In this document: positions 1 through 11,718 of the stretch, in pieces
Layout: each line of letters begins with the position of its first letter
Numbering within the stretch: position 1 is the stretch's first letter
DNA from: Bacteroidaceae bacterium
GTDB taxonomy: Bacteria; Bacteroidota; Bacteroidia; Bacteroidales; Bacteroidaceae
NCBI GenBank assembly: GCA_963590865.1
Contig: CAVAQY010000001.1
Coordinates: forward strand, 4,750 to 68,749
Length of the DNA: 64,000 bases
Direction of reading: 5' to 3'
The notes under the pieces: generated by a model
The model's database searches: none
Told to the model about the DNA's origin: nothing
What the model saw: the letters and a program-made list of their open reading frames with translations, nothing else
Translations under genes and position numbers: made by a program

Positions 1-1
1 C

Positions 2-514
2 TATGCCAACCGCGAGTCGCTCGGTTGGATTTCAAGAGAGATAGAAAAACGGCCAGGAGTAACCAGTGTTACCTATCAGGAAGACTTGATGGACAAGGTA
101 AACTCCAACCTTAGGAAGCTCAGCGGAGTGCTGCTTGTGCTTGCAGCTCTGCTCACATTCGTGTCATTTTCGCTGATAAACAATTCTGTAAGGCTAAGTG
201 TCTATTCGCGCCGCTTCCTCATACATACAATGAAGCTGGTGGGAGCATCGTGGGGATTCATACGCCGTCCGTTCCTGAAACGTGCAGTCGGCATCGGTCT
301 CGTAGCTGCCTTGTTGGCTTGTGGCGTGTTAGGAGGTGCTTTCTATGCCCTGTGCAACTATGAGCCGGGAATGCTCTCGATAGTAACATGGCACGACTTG
401 GCGGCAACGGCTGCTGCCGTTTTCCTCTTCGGCATAGTTATAACGGCGTTGTGTTCATTCTTTTCGGTCAACAAGTTTTTGCGCATGACGGCCGGTGAAC
501 TGTATAAGATTTAA
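2..514 (+). CDS. ftsX: Cell-division permease FtsX, C-terminal part (5' end upstream of window)
   Basis: Frame is open from base 2 (YANRESLGWISREIEKRPGVTSV...) into track ORF 86..514. Multiple TM helices and FtsX-type motif MKLVGASWGFIRRPF. Followed by a DUF3098-like gene, as is typical in Bacteroidota. Confidence 0.75.
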   Translation, partial: YANRESLGWISREIEKRPGVTSVTYQEDLMDKVNSNLRKLSGVLLVLAALLTFVSFSLINNSVRLSVYSRRFLIHTMKLVGASWGFIRRPFLKRAVGIGLVAALLACGVLGGAFYALCNYEPGMLSIVTWHDLAATAAAVFLFGIVITALCSFFSVNKFLRMTAGELYKI

Positions 515-544
515 GTATAAACATATAAATAACATATACATAAT

Positions 545-895
545 ATGAACAAGAGAAATTTTGCTTTCGGACGCATGAACTTCATATTGCTTGCCGTAAG
601 CATGGCAATAGTGGTGGTCGGATTCATCTTGATGAGCGGTTCTGGCTCTACAGAGACCACATTCAACCCGGACATATTTAGCGCAAGGCGAATAAAAGTG
701 GCTCCAATAGTATGTCTGTTCGGCTTTGTGTCTATGATTTATGCCGTTATGTACCGCAGCAAGGGTGATGAGGACGTGACGGAAAGCGGTAAGCCTGCCG
801 TTGAGAACAACAATGGACGAAATGCCGTATGTACTACCATTGAGAACAACGAAACCTCTGTCAAAAACATAAGCAAACACGATGAACTGGTTTGA
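545..895 (+). CDS. Small membrane protein, DUF3098-like
   Basis: N-terminus [32 protein letters not shown], two TM helices, conserved position after ftsX. 14-nt overlap with uppP. Confidence 0.6.
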   Translation: MNKRNFAFGRMNFILLAVSMAIVVVGFILMSGSGSTETTFNPDIFSARRIKVAPIVCLFGFVSMIYAVMYRSKGDEDVTESGKPAVENNNGRNAVCTTIENNETSVKNISKHDELV

Positions 896-1682
896 AGCAT
901 TGGTGTTGGGACTCTTGCAGGGACTGACAGAATACCTGCCTGTTAGCAGTAGCGGTCACCTCGCTATCGGTTCCCATCTGTTTGGTGTGAACGGAGCCGA
1001 CAACTTGGCGTTTACAATCGTTGTGCATGTGGCCACCGTGTTAAGTACTCTCGTTGTGCTTTGGAAAGAGATTGGCTGGATTTTCAGCGGTCTTTTTAAG
1101 TGCAAACTGAACGCCGAGACTCGCTATGCGCTCAACATAGTTGTGTCAATGATTCCCATAGGCATCGTCGGCGTATTCTTCAAGGACAAGGTTGAAGCCA
1201 TTTTCGGTTCTGGACTACTCGTCGTGGGCTGTATGCTCGTGCTTACGGCAGTACTGCTCACCTTCTCCTACTACGCAAAGCCGCGCCAGAAGGAACACAT
1301 CAGTATGCGTGATGCATTTATAATAGGTCTTTCGCAAGCCTGCGCAGTACTTCCCGGACTGTCAAGGTCGGGCACTACCATCGCTACGGGACTGCTCTTG
1401 GGTAACAAAAAGTCCAACATGGCGCAGTTTTCCTTCCTCATGGTAATACCGCCCATACTGGGTGAGGCTCTTCTGGACACGGTTAAGATGGCAAAAGGCG
1501 AGGACGTGTTCGGCGGAATAGATACTCTGCCGCTCGTGGTAGGTTTCATCGCCGCTTTTGTGTCAGGCTGCATAGCCTGCAAATGGATGATTGACATCGT
1601 GAAAAAGGGCAAACTGATATACTTTGCCATATACTGCGCCATAGCCGGAGCGTTCACTGTGGCATATTCTCTCCTGCAATAA
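882..1682 (+). CDS. uppP: Undecaprenyl-diphosphate phosphatase
   Basis: N-terminal signature [17 protein letters not shown] plus [10 protein letters not shown] motif. About 8 TM, 266 aa. Confidence 0.9.
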   Translation: MNWFEALVLGLLQGLTEYLPVSSSGHLAIGSHLFGVNGADNLAFTIVVHVATVLSTLVVLWKEIGWIFSGLFKCKLNAETRYALNIVVSMIPIGIVGVFFKDKVEAIFGSGLLVVGCMLVLTAVLLTFSYYAKPRQKEHISMRDAFIIGLSQACAVLPGLSRSGTTIATGLLLGNKKSNMAQFSFLMVIPPILGEALLDTVKMAKGEDVFGGIDTLPLVVGFIAAFVSGCIACKWMIDIVKKGKLIYFAIYCAIAGAFTVAYSLLQ

Positions 1683-1686
1683 TCAT

Positions 1687-2394
1687 ATGGATTTCGTCCA
1701 AGGGGAATACATATATCTCAATAAACCATACCGGATGTCGAGCTTTGGGGCTTTGGCAAGGGTGCGTTATCTCATATCGCAGAGATTGGGCGTGAAACGC
1801 ATCAAGACAGGTCATGCCGGCACACTTGACCCTCTGGCCACCGGAGTGCTGATACTTTGCACTGGAAAGAAGACAAAAGAGATAGAGCAACTGCAATACC
1901 AGACCAAGGAATACACGGCAACTCTGCAACTTGGAGCCACCACCCCAAGTTTCGATATGGAGCACACCGTTGATGCCACTTACCCTACTGCGCACATCAA
2001 CAGGGAGCTTATAGAGCAAGTGTTGCCGCACTTCGTTGGCGAAATACAACAAGTGCCGCCTGCCTACTCGGCATGCAAGGTCGACGGCGCAAGGGCATAC
2101 AAGCTGAAGCGCAAGGGGAAAGAGGTGGAACTGAAGCCAAAGACGCTGCGCATCGACTGTATTGAACTGACGCACTTCGACCCGGTAAGGATGCAGATGG
2201 GCATCCGTGTAGTGTGTGGTAAAGGTACCTATATCCGTGCCTTGGCACGTGACATAGGGCAAGCCCTTGGCAGCGGAGCGTTTCTTACCGAACTTTGCCG
2301 TACAAGGGTGGGGAATGTTAGCATAGACAACTGCATTACGCTTGACGACTTTCCTGGATGGCTTGAAAAACAGGCTGTCATGGAACAAAGTTGA
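1687..2394 (+). CDS. truB: tRNA pseudouridine(55) synthase
   Basis: Catalytic motif [14 protein letters not shown] and [11 protein letters not shown], 235 aa. Confidence 0.9.
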   Translation: MDFVQGEYIYLNKPYRMSSFGALARVRYLISQRLGVKRIKTGHAGTLDPLATGVLILCTGKKTKEIEQLQYQTKEYTATLQLGATTPSFDMEHTVDATYPTAHINRELIEQVLPHFVGEIQQVPPAYSACKVDGARAYKLKRKGKEVELKPKTLRIDCIELTHFDPVRMQMGIRVVCGKGTYIRALARDIGQALGSGAFLTELCRTRVGNVSIDNCITLDDFPGWLEKQAVMEQS

Positions 2395-2414
2395 ACGGAA
2401 AAATTATAAAAGAC

Positions 2415-3575
2415 ATGAAACTATCGCAATTCAAATTCAACCTTCCTGAGTCTCTCGTTGCGCTTGAACCGCCGTTCCGCGCCTTTCCGAACGAGGACGG
2501 GAGTGTAGACAAGGTATACAGAAGGGACGAATGTCGCCTTATGGTGGTGCATCGCAAGAGCAAAAGCATCGAGATGTTCAAGAAAGATGCCAAAGGTAAG
2601 GAGGTCAAAGGTGCAGACGGAAAACCGGAGTACCTTGGCTTCAGGGATATTGTGAACTACTTCGATGAGGGCGATGCCTTTGTCTTCAACGATACCAAAG
2701 TGTTTCCAGCACGTCTCTATGGCACTAAGGAGAAGACAGATGCCCAGATAGAGGTGTTCTTGCTTCGCGAACTTAACGATGAGCTGCGGCTTTGGGACGT
2801 GCTTGTGGAACCTGCAAGGAAAATCCGTATCGGAAACAAACTCTTTTTCGATCAGGAAGGGCCAATGGTTGCTGAAGTTATAGACAACACCACGAGCCGC
2901 GGACGAACTCTGCGCTTCCTTTACGATTGTCCGCATGATGAGTTCAAACGCGAATTGTTCTCGCTTGGCGAGGCTCCGCTGCCACGTTATATCATAGCAC
3001 ATCGCCGTGCAACCAAGGACGATGCGGAGAATTTTCAGACGATATTTGCCAAAAACGAGGGCGCAGTAACTGCTCCCTCGACGGGACTGCACTTCAGTCG
3101 GGAACTGATGAAGCTGCTTGAGATACGCGGAATATCCTTTGCCTACGTGACAGTACACTGCGGGCTTGGCAATTTCGAGGCGATAGAGGTGGAAGACCTT
3201 ACCAAACACAAGATGAATTCGGAGCAGATGGAAATTACAGCCGAGGCTTGCCAGACTGTAAATGCCGCCAAAACGGCAGGGCACAAGGTGTGTGCCGTGG
3301 GCGTAAGCTCCGTGAGAGCCACAGAAACAGCCGTCGGTACGGATGGTTTGCTGAAGGAATATGAAGGCTGGACCAACAAGTTTATATTCCCTCCGTACGA
3401 CTTCGGTTTGGCCGACTGCATGGTGGCTAATTTCTACCATCCCGAATCGGTCATGCTGATGACTACAGCAGCCTTTGGGGGCTACGATCTGATTATGGAA
3501 GCCTATAACCTCGCGGTTGAAAATGAGTACAAGTTCGGCTGCTATGGTGACGCTCTTCTGATAATGAACGACTGA
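2415..3575 (+). CDS. queA: S-adenosylmethionine:tRNA ribosyltransferase-isomerase
   Basis: [19 protein letters not shown] start typical of QueA. Track ORF begins at a TTG (2391); ATG at 2415 preferred. HFSRELM and [13 protein letters not shown] regions present. Confidence 0.9.
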   Translation: MKLSQFKFNLPESLVALEPPFRAFPNEDGSVDKVYRRDECRLMVVHRKSKSIEMFKKDAKGKEVKGADGKPEYLGFRDIVNYFDEGDAFVFNDTKVFPARLYGTKEKTDAQIEVFLLRELNDELRLWDVLVEPARKIRIGNKLFFDQEGPMVAEVIDNTTSRGRTLRFLYDCPHDEFKRELFSLGEAPLPRYIIAHRRATKDDAENFQTIFAKNEGAVTAPSTGLHFSRELMKLLEIRGISFAYVTVHCGLGNFEAIEVEDLTKHKMNSEQMEITAEACQTVNAAKTAGHKVCAVGVSSVRATETAVGTDGLLKEYEGWTNKFIFPPYDFGLADCMVANFYHPESVMLMTTAAFGGYDLIMEAYNLAVENEYKFGCYGDALLIMND

Positions 3576-3576
3576 T

Positions 3577-3996
3577 TTGCGGCAGGGTACCGTGCATACA
3601 GTATATCTCGGACTAGGCTCAAACCTCGGAAACCGTAAGGAAAACATAGACGAGGCGATGAGGATGATAGGTGAAGAGGTGGGCATCGTGGAGCGTAGGT
3701 CGTCGAACATTGAGACCGAACCTTGGGGATTCAGCTCGCCAAACCGTTTTGTCAATGCTGCCGTACGGTGTCTTACAGCACTGTCGCCACGGGAGTTGCT
3801 TATGGCAACACAGGCTATTGAACGCAAAATGGGGCGCACAGGGAAGTCGAAAGACGGACAGTATCATGACCGTATCATTGATATTGATATCCTCATGTAT
3901 GACGACATCACAGTGAATGAAGCCGACTTGAAGATACCTCATCCGCTGATGGCGGAGCGCGAATTTGTGCTTAAGCCGCTCAAGGAGATAATGTAG
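3577..3996 (+). CDS. folK: 2-amino-4-hydroxy-6-hydroxymethyldihydropteridine diphosphokinase
   Basis: VYLGLGSNLGNR start motif, DIDIL, and C-terminal HPLMAEREFVLKPL. True start may be TTG 3577 or GTG 3592. Confidence 0.85.
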   Translation: MRQGTVHTVYLGLGSNLGNRKENIDEAMRMIGEEVGIVERRSSNIETEPWGFSSPNRFVNAAVRCLTALSPRELLMATQAIERKMGRTGKSKDGQYHDRIIDIDILMYDDITVNEADLKIPHPLMAEREFVLKPLKEIM

Positions 3997-4080
3997 CGGA
4001 GACAAGACCGTCAGGTGTACAGAGAAAATACTCTGCATGACAACAGCAAGAACCGCAGGAAAATACAAAAACCAAAAACA

Positions 4081-4719
4081 ATGGATACAGCAGAATTGTT
4101 TAAATGGGTGTTGGAGAACCTCAACTATTGGGTGGTAACGATATTCATGGCCATCGAAAGTTCTTTCATTCCATTTCCCTCGGAGGTGGTTGTGCCGCCC
4201 GCCGCATGGAAGTCTATGGCTGATGAAAGCATGAATATCGTCCTCGTAGTGGTGTTTGCCACTGTGGGGGCCGACATCGGAGCACTTGTGAACTACTATC
4301 TTGCGCGTTGGCTTGGTCGCCCTATCGTGTATAAATTCGCCGATAGCCGCATCGGGCACATGTGCCTTATTGACCGTGAAAAGGTGGAAAACGCCGAGCA
4401 ATACTTCCGTACACACGGCGCAGCTTCCACGTTTTTCGGACGGTTGATACCTGCTGTTCGACAGCTGATAAGTATTCCTGCCGGTTTGGCGGGAATGAGA
4501 CTCGACCATTTTCTGCTCTATACCACGCTCGGAGCGGCTGTATGGAACTCCATTCTTGCGCTAATAGGATATCTGATATACCGTTTCACCGACTTGAAGA
4601 CTACCAATGACGTTTACTTGTTGGCCACAAAGTATAGCCACGAGATAGGTTATGTGTTGTTGGGATTGGCAGCTGTTGTGGTGGCTGTGCTCGTTTACAA
4701 GGGAGTGAAGGAGAAATAA
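4081..4719 (+). CDS. DedA/SNARE-associated family membrane protein
   Basis: ESSFIPFPSEVVVPPA and RLIPAVRQLISIPAG motifs typical of DedA. ATG 4081 chosen over GTG 4015. Confidence 0.8.
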   Translation: MDTAELFKWVLENLNYWVVTIFMAIESSFIPFPSEVVVPPAAWKSMADESMNIVLVVVFATVGADIGALVNYYLARWLGRPIVYKFADSRIGHMCLIDREKVENAEQYFRTHGAASTFFGRLIPAVRQLISIPAGLAGMRLDHFLLYTTLGAAVWNSILALIGYLIYRFTDLKTTNDVYLLATKYSHEIGYVLLGLAAVVVAVLVYKGVKEK

Positions 4720-4847
4720 GCGGACGGAGCCTGGCTGTCAACGCCTTGCGGTCTGCCTGTAAGACTCTATCCGTACGGAGGCCAAGCCTCCTACTGTTCA
4801 ACTTTGTGCTGTGTTCATGGCCTTTGTCAGTCATGCAATAGGCAGAT

Positions 4848-4882
4848 AAAAATCCGCAGGCCGTTTGGCCTGCGGATTTTTT
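4848..4882. terminator. Bidirectional rho-independent terminator between dedA-like gene and rpsO
   Basis: aaaaatccgcaggcc-gttt-ggcctgcggattttt: perfect 10-bp GC-rich stem with an A-run on one side and a T-run on the other. Confidence 0.8.
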
Positions 4883-4913
4883 AGAGTTTCCAAAGAAATT
4901 GTGTCTGCTTCTT

Positions 4914-5183
4914 TTATCGGCGCAGACCCAATGCCTTGATAAGAGCACGGTAGCGCTCAACGTCTCTGTCGTAGAGATAGTCAAGCAAAGCGCGGCGCTT
5001 TCCTACCAACTTGGTCAATGCTCTTTCTGTGGTATAATCTTTACGGTTCTTTTTCAAGTGCTCCGTCAAGTGGGAAATACGGTATGAGAACAATGCCACC
5101 TGGCTTTCTACTGAACCAGTGTCAGAGTTGGACTTTCCGTATTGTCCAAAGATCTCTTGCTTTTTAGATTGATCTAAATACAT
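4914..5183 (-). CDS. rpsO: 30S ribosomal protein S15
   Basis: 89 aa, SVESQVALFSYRISHLTEHLKKNRKDYTTERAL...RYRALIKALGLRR is canonical S15. Confidence 0.95.
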   Translation of the reverse strand: MYLDQSKKQEIFGQYGKSNSDTGSVESQVALFSYRISHLTEHLKKNRKDYTTERALTKLVGKRRALLDYLYDRDVERYRALIKALGLRR

Positions 5184-5218
5184 AGATGTTTGTTGAAAAT
5201 GATTAAATGTTTAAAATA

Positions 5219-5236
5219 GCGGATGCAAAGTTACAC
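5219..5236 (-). promoter_or_regulatory. Bacteroidota -7 promoter motif for rpsO
   Basis: Minus strand reads gtgTAACTTTGCatccgc (TAnnTTTG), about 35 nt upstream of the rpsO ATG. Confidence 0.5.
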
Positions 5237-5429
5237 ATTTTGTGCTGTTTACGGCTGCTCTACATTCATTAAATGTGTTCCACTTAACCTATTTTTAACA
5301 CTTCGACCTCGCCCTTGCCCTAATAGTCGTACGAAAAGACGGAGTGCTTCCTTATTTATTAGTACCTTTGCACACGGTATAGCTGCACTCGGACAAATAA
5401 GAGCAGACTCTTTTGTCTCTCGTTTGCAA

Positions 5430-5439
5430 TACCTTTGCA
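5430..5439 (+). promoter_or_regulatory. Bacteroidota -7 promoter motif for mtnN-luxS
   Basis: TACCTTTGCA 19 nt upstream of ATG 5458. A second identical TACCTTTGCA lies at about 5365. Confidence 0.5.
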
Positions 5440-5457
5440 TAAGAAAACAATCCGACC

Positions 5458-6141
5458 ATGAAGATAGGAATAGTGATAGCGATGGACAAGGAGTTCCAGC
5501 GCATAAAACAGTTGCTTAGCAACATAGACGAGACGGAAGCGAGCGGCAAGACGTTTGTAACCGGAGAGATAGGAGCCAATGAACTGGTGCTTTCTCAGTG
5601 TGGAATAGGCAAAGTGAATGCCGCAATGGGGGCGGTTGAGCTTATCGACCGCTTTGCTCCTGATGCTGTAATATCCACCGGAGTCGCAGGAGGGGCATCG
5701 GTGGAACTTGAACCGCAGGAGGTTGTGGTGTCTACAGAGACGTGTTATCACGACGTATACTGTGGGGCAGATCAACAGTTCGGTCAGATAATGGGGCTTC
5801 CGGCGCGTTTCGTATCCGACAGCCGTCTGCTTGACAAAGCCAAAGGACTGGCCTGCGAAACGAAAATCACTCCGGGGCTTATTGTAACTGGTGACTGGTT
5901 TGTGGATAGTCGTGAGAAAATGCAGTCCATACTTGATTCATTTCCCGATGCAATGGCTGTAGACATGGAGTCGGCGGCCATTGCCCACGTGTGCCATTTG
6001 CGTGGAGTGCCATTCATAAGCTTCCGCATAATCAGCGACATACCGCTCAAGGACACCAAGGCGGCGCAGTATTTCGACTTTTGGGAACGCATAGCCGACA
6101 GTTCGTTCGGAGTGACAAAAGCTTTTCTTGAGAGCCTGTAG
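5458..6141 (+). CDS. mtnN: 5'-methylthioadenosine/S-adenosylhomocysteine nucleosidase
   Basis: MKIGIVIAMDKEF start, GIGKVNAA, and VDMESAAIAHVC motifs of the Pfs/MtnN family. Confidence 0.85.
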   Translation: MKIGIVIAMDKEFQRIKQLLSNIDETEASGKTFVTGEIGANELVLSQCGIGKVNAAMGAVELIDRFAPDAVISTGVAGGASVELEPQEVVVSTETCYHDVYCGADQQFGQIMGLPARFVSDSRLLDKAKGLACETKITPGLIVTGDWFVDSREKMQSILDSFPDAMAVDMESAAIAHVCHLRGVPFISFRIISDIPLKDTKAAQYFDFWERIADSSFGVTKAFLESL

Positions 6142-6187
6142 TAACAGCTGTACGGAACATCTAAGAAAAAGGAACACAATAAAAGAT

Positions 6188-6667
6188 ATGGATAAGATAC
6201 CAAGTTTCACAATCAACCACGAGAAACTGCTGCGCGGAATATATGTGTCGCGCAAGGACATTGTGGGCGGTGACACCGTGACCACGTTTGATGTGCGTAT
6301 GAAAGAGCCTAACCGCGAGCCGGCATTGCACCCAGGAGCACTCCACACCATTGAACATCTGGCGGCAACCTACCTGCGCAACGATGCGGAATGGAAAGAC
6401 AGGATAGTCTATTGGGGGCCTATGGGATGCCTGACGGGCAACTATCTGTTGCTGCGCGGCGATTTTGAGAGCCGCGACATAGTGGATTTGATGCGCCGCA
6501 CATTCGCTTTCGTAGCCAACTTCAACGGAGAAGTGCCCGGAACAGCCCCACGCGACTGCGGCAACTACCTGCTGCACGACCTGCCAATGGCGCACTTTGA
6601 GGCGCACAAGTACTTGACCGAAGTACTCAACTGTATCACCGAGGCCAACCTGAACTATCCGCAGTAG
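6188..6667 (+). CDS. luxS: S-ribosylhomocysteine lyase
   Basis: Metal-binding HTIEHL, GPMGC catalytic Cys region, 159 aa from ATG 6188 (track ORF starts at an upstream TTG). Confidence 0.9.
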   Translation: MDKIPSFTINHEKLLRGIYVSRKDIVGGDTVTTFDVRMKEPNREPALHPGALHTIEHLAATYLRNDAEWKDRIVYWGPMGCLTGNYLLLRGDFESRDIVDLMRRTFAFVANFNGEVPGTAPRDCGNYLLHDLPMAHFEAHKYLTEVLNCITEANLNYPQ

Positions 6668-6697
6668 CCGATAGCGCGGAAAGAGATTATAAAAGAG

Positions 6698-6740
6698 AAA
6701 CGGCTTGCACTGCATGAAATCATGTCGGTGCAAGCCGTTT
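6698..6740. terminator. Hairpin terminator between convergent luxS and typA
   Basis: aaacggcttgcac-(17 nt)-gtgcaagccgttt: perfect 13-bp stem. Confidence 0.7.
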
Positions 6741-6783
6741 CCCGTTGTGTTCTGTTTCGCTAAGTTGTTGCTTTTGCCAGTGC

Positions 6784-8586
<1,803 letters not shown>

Positions 8587-8604
8587 TTCCTTTACCTTAA
8601 AAAT

Positions 8605-8620
8605 CGGGTGCAAAGGTACA
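8605..8620 (-). promoter_or_regulatory. Bacteroidota -7 promoter motif for typA
   Basis: Minus strand tgTACCTTTGCAcccg, about 20 nt upstream of ATG 8586. Confidence 0.55.
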
Positions 8621-8770
8621 AAGATTAATCCATATAGAGATGTGGCGACGGCCTATTTTTCCACGTCGCTCAGCCCGTTTGCATGGCGAAGGTATCAGGC
8701 TTTTATCCCGCAAGGCTTGGCCGTTATGGCAAATCTTAGTAATTTAGCGGCGAAAACCATACTACTGACT

Positions 8771-10114
8771 ATGAAAGACAATACAAGGCGGGGCGACGGA
8801 GTGCTGCGCCGCAATGGCGTGAGTCTGCTCGTGCCGTTTCTGATGATTACTTCTTGTTTTGCCTTGTGGGGCTTTGCCAACGACGTGACAAGCCCTATGG
8901 TAAAGGCATTCTCCAAGATTTTCCGTATGAGTGTGACCGAGGGGGCACTGGTGCAAGTGGCTTTCTACCTCGGATATTTCGTTATGGCCTTTCCTGCGTC
9001 GCTGTTTATACGGCGCTACTCGTTCAAGGCCGGAGTGATGATGGGGCTTTCGCTCTACGCCATAGGGGCGCTGATGTTCTTCCCGGCCAAGGCCACTGGT
9101 GTCTATCTGCCCTTTCTTTTGGCCTATTTCATTATGACATGCGGTTTGTCGTTTCTCGAAACGAGCTGCAATCCCTATATCTATTGTATGGGAAGCGAGG
9201 AAACGGCCACGCGGCGACTCAACCTGGCGCAGGCGTTCAATCCCATCGGTGCATTGGCGGGAATGTATGTGGCAATGAACTGTGTGCAGGCGAAGATGAA
9301 TCCCATGGACACGCTGTCGCGCAGTGAACTTTCCGATACTCAATTCGAGGCGATAAAGGACTATGACCTTGGCGTTCTTATCCTGCCATACCTTTTCATA
9401 GGCATTGTGGTGCTGGCACTTCTCGTGGCTATCGCTCTGAAACGCATGCCGATGGATGCTGACAAGCATACCGAAAAGAGTTTCCGGCGCACGCTGGGCG
9501 AACTGCTCCGCACCAAAAACTATCGTGAAGGCGTGGTGGCACAGTTCTTCTACATAGGCGCACAGGTGATGTGCTGGACCTTTATCATACAGTACGGCAC
9601 CCGCATACTCATGGGTGAGGGTATGGAAGAGCGTGAGGCAGAGATACTGTCGCAGAAGTTCAACATAGCTGCTCTGGTGCTTTTCACGTGTAGCAGATTC
9701 ATCTGTACTTGGTTTCTGCGCTACATCCAGCCTGGGAAGCTGCTTGCCATACTTGCTGTGCTCGGGGCTGCGGCCGTGTGCGGAGTCATCCTGTTCACCG
9801 ACCGGACCGGTCTTTACTGTCTTGTGGCCGTCAGCGGCTGTATGTCGCTTATGTTCCCAACCATCTACGGCATTGCCTTGCGCGGTTTGGGCGACAACGT
9901 GAAGGTGGGCGGTGCCGGACTCATCATGTCCATCCTGGGCGGTTCGGTGTTCCCTCCTCTACAGGCTGCCATGATCGACGGTGACTTTACTCTATTCGGA
10001 CTGCCCTCTACCAACTCCTCGTTTGTGCTATCACTGGTGTGCTTCATCGTGGTTGCCGCCTATGGACACCGTGCCTATGTGCGCCACAATATCACCCATG
10101 ACTACAACAGTTGA
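8771..10114 (+). CDS. fucP: L-fucose:H+ symporter permease (MFS)
   Basis: Colinear resemblance to E. coli FucP: FALWGFANDVTSPMVKAF, AFYLGYF, FLETSCNPY, RLNLAQAFNPIGA, YIGAQVMCW. Start ATG 8771 (alternative ATG 8726). The track ORF start 8519 overlaps typA and is rejected. Confidence 0.8.
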   Translation: MKDNTRRGDGVLRRNGVSLLVPFLMITSCFALWGFANDVTSPMVKAFSKIFRMSVTEGALVQVAFYLGYFVMAFPASLFIRRYSFKAGVMMGLSLYAIGALMFFPAKATGVYLPFLLAYFIMTCGLSFLETSCNPYIYCMGSEETATRRLNLAQAFNPIGALAGMYVAMNCVQAKMNPMDTLSRSELSDTQFEAIKDYDLGVLILPYLFIGIVVLALLVAIALKRMPMDADKHTEKSFRRTLGELLRTKNYREGVVAQFFYIGAQVMCWTFIIQYGTRILMGEGMEEREAEILSQKFNIAALVLFTCSRFICTWFLRYIQPGKLLAILAVLGAAAVCGVILFTDRTGLYCLVAVSGCMSLMFPTIYGIALRGLGDNVKVGGAGLIMSILGGSVFPPLQAAMIDGDFTLFGLPSTNSSFVLSLVCFIVVAAYGHRAYVRHNITHDYNS

Positions 10115-10202
10115 CCTCTGCTCATCTGGCTTGTAGAACCAGCTTTGGCCGGAGAACCAAAAGATTGCATACATCTTAGGCAAGGATTGCACACATTTTT
10201 CC

Positions 10203-10212
10203 TACCTTTGCA
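10203..10212 (+). promoter_or_regulatory. Bacteroidota -7 promoter motif for fucO
   Basis: TACCTTTGCA about 140 nt upstream of ATG 10354, implying a long leader. Confidence 0.45.
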
Positions 10213-10353
10213 CAAAGTTTAGCAAACGGGAGGCAATGGGGTTCGCTCATGATTGTCCGAGTGAAGCTATACCTTATGTACACATTTACGCAGGGAATAA
10301 AGAAGTGCGCCGATGCGCAAGTTTAACTAACAAACATACTAAAGACAAAAATT

Positions 10354-11508
10354 ATGGTAAACAGATTCATTCTCAACGAGGTGTCTTATTTCGGTCCTGG
10401 ATCACGTAAGGAACTGCCCACAGTGGTGAAAAGCCGTGGATGGAAGAAAGCCCTGGTAGTGACAGACAAGGGACTTATGAAGTTTGGCGTGGCCAAGATG
10501 GTGCTCGACGTGCTCGATGAGGCTGGCATAGCCTACGAAGTGTTTGACGACGTGAAGCCCAACCCCACAGTAACCAACGTGACAATGGGCATCGAGGCCT
10601 GCAAGAAGGCCGAAGCTGACTTCATCATCGCCATCGGTGGTGGTTCATCAATGGACACTGCCAAGGGCATAGGCATAGTAGTTACCAACCCGGAATTTGC
10701 CGACATCGTGTCGCTTGAGGGTGTTGCTCCCACAAAGAACAAGTGTCTGCCTATCGTGGCTCTGCCCACTACGGCTGGAACTGCCGCTGAAACTACCATC
10801 AACTATGTAATAATCGACGAAACACGCCAGCAGAAGATGGTGTGCGTTGACCCCAACGACATACCCGCAGTGGCCATTGTTGACGCCGAGCTGATGTACT
10901 CTCTGCCCAAAGGACTCACCGCAGCCACTGGTATGGACGCCATGACACACGCCATTGAGGGACTTATCACAAAGGCAGCATGGGAGATGAGCGATATGTT
11001 TGAGCTGAAGGCCATCGAAATGATTTATAAGTATCTGCCTGTAGCTGTGAACGACCCCAAGAATCCAGAGGGTCGCAATGGTATGGCCGTGGCACAATAC
11101 ATCGCCGGAATGGCCTTCTCCAATGTAGGTTTGGGTGTTGACCATGGCATGGCTCACCCAATGAGTGCTCTGCACGATGTGCCCCACGGTGTGGCTTGCG
11201 CAATATTGCTGCCCACAGTGATGCGCTTCAATATGGAAGTGAGCGTAGCCAAGTATGTGGAAATAGCCAAAGTGGTAGGTGCATACAAGGATGGCATGAC
11301 TGACCAGGAGGCCGCTGAGGCTGCTTGTAACGCCATCGAAGAGTTGTCGAAGCTCGTTGGTATACCTCAGCACCTTACAGAACTGGGCATAACAGAGGCC
11401 GACATTCCTGCTCTCGCAGAGCAAGCCATCACCGATGTTTGTACTCCCGGTAATCCTCGTGAGGTGTCAAAGGACGACATCATCGCTCTCTATCACAAGA
11501 TTCTGTAA
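10354..11508 (+). CDS. fucO: Lactaldehyde reductase / L-1,2-propanediol oxidoreductase (iron-containing ADH)
   Basis: Near-colinear with E. coli FucO as I recall it: NRFILNE..YFG, IAIGGGSSMDTAKGIG, PTTAGTAAETTINYVI, THAIEGLIT, GVDHGMAHP, PHGVACAILLP, CTPGNPRE. Confidence 0.85.
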   Translation: MVNRFILNEVSYFGPGSRKELPTVVKSRGWKKALVVTDKGLMKFGVAKMVLDVLDEAGIAYEVFDDVKPNPTVTNVTMGIEACKKAEADFIIAIGGGSSMDTAKGIGIVVTNPEFADIVSLEGVAPTKNKCLPIVALPTTAGTAAETTINYVIIDETRQQKMVCVDPNDIPAVAIVDAELMYSLPKGLTAATGMDAMTHAIEGLITKAAWEMSDMFELKAIEMIYKYLPVAVNDPKNPEGRNGMAVAQYIAGMAFSNVGLGVDHGMAHPMSALHDVPHGVACAILLPTVMRFNMEVSVAKYVEIAKVVGAYKDGMTDQEAAEAACNAIEELSKLVGIPQHLTELGITEADIPALAEQAITDVCTPGNPREVSKDDIIALYHKIL

Positions 11509-11565
11509 TACACTTAATAGCCTTGATGCTGGCTCTGCCATAACGGACGCCGGCATCAGAGTTCA

Positions 11566-11618
11566 AAAGGAATATGCCCTGCACCGGTTTCTCGCCGAAT
11601 GCAGGGCATATTCCTTTT
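11566..11618. terminator. Hairpin terminator between convergent fucO and yfhO-like gene
   Basis: aaaggaatatgccctgca-(17 nt)-tgcagggcatattccttt: 18-bp perfect stem followed by T-rich sequence. Confidence 0.7.
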
Positions 11619-11718
11619 GTCATGAAGTCTTGTTAGGCTTTCCGCGAAGTCTTACAAGGCTTATTGTAAAGTCTTACAAGGATTACCGCTAAGCTTATTG
11701 AGGCTGTGGCGCAAAGCC

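Noticed and set aside
2421-3839. 472-aa ORF antisense to queA/folK. Similar long antisense ORFs: 3619..4509, 10648..11424, 22575..23420, 23421..24272, 26994..28310, 32251..33213, 51523..52746, 55970..56713, 61044..61910.
   Set aside because: Each lies entirely opposite a gene with strong family motifs. Their translations are low-complexity (rich in R/H/C/V/G) with no recognisable motif. They are typical shadow ORFs produced by the codon periodicity of the real gene.
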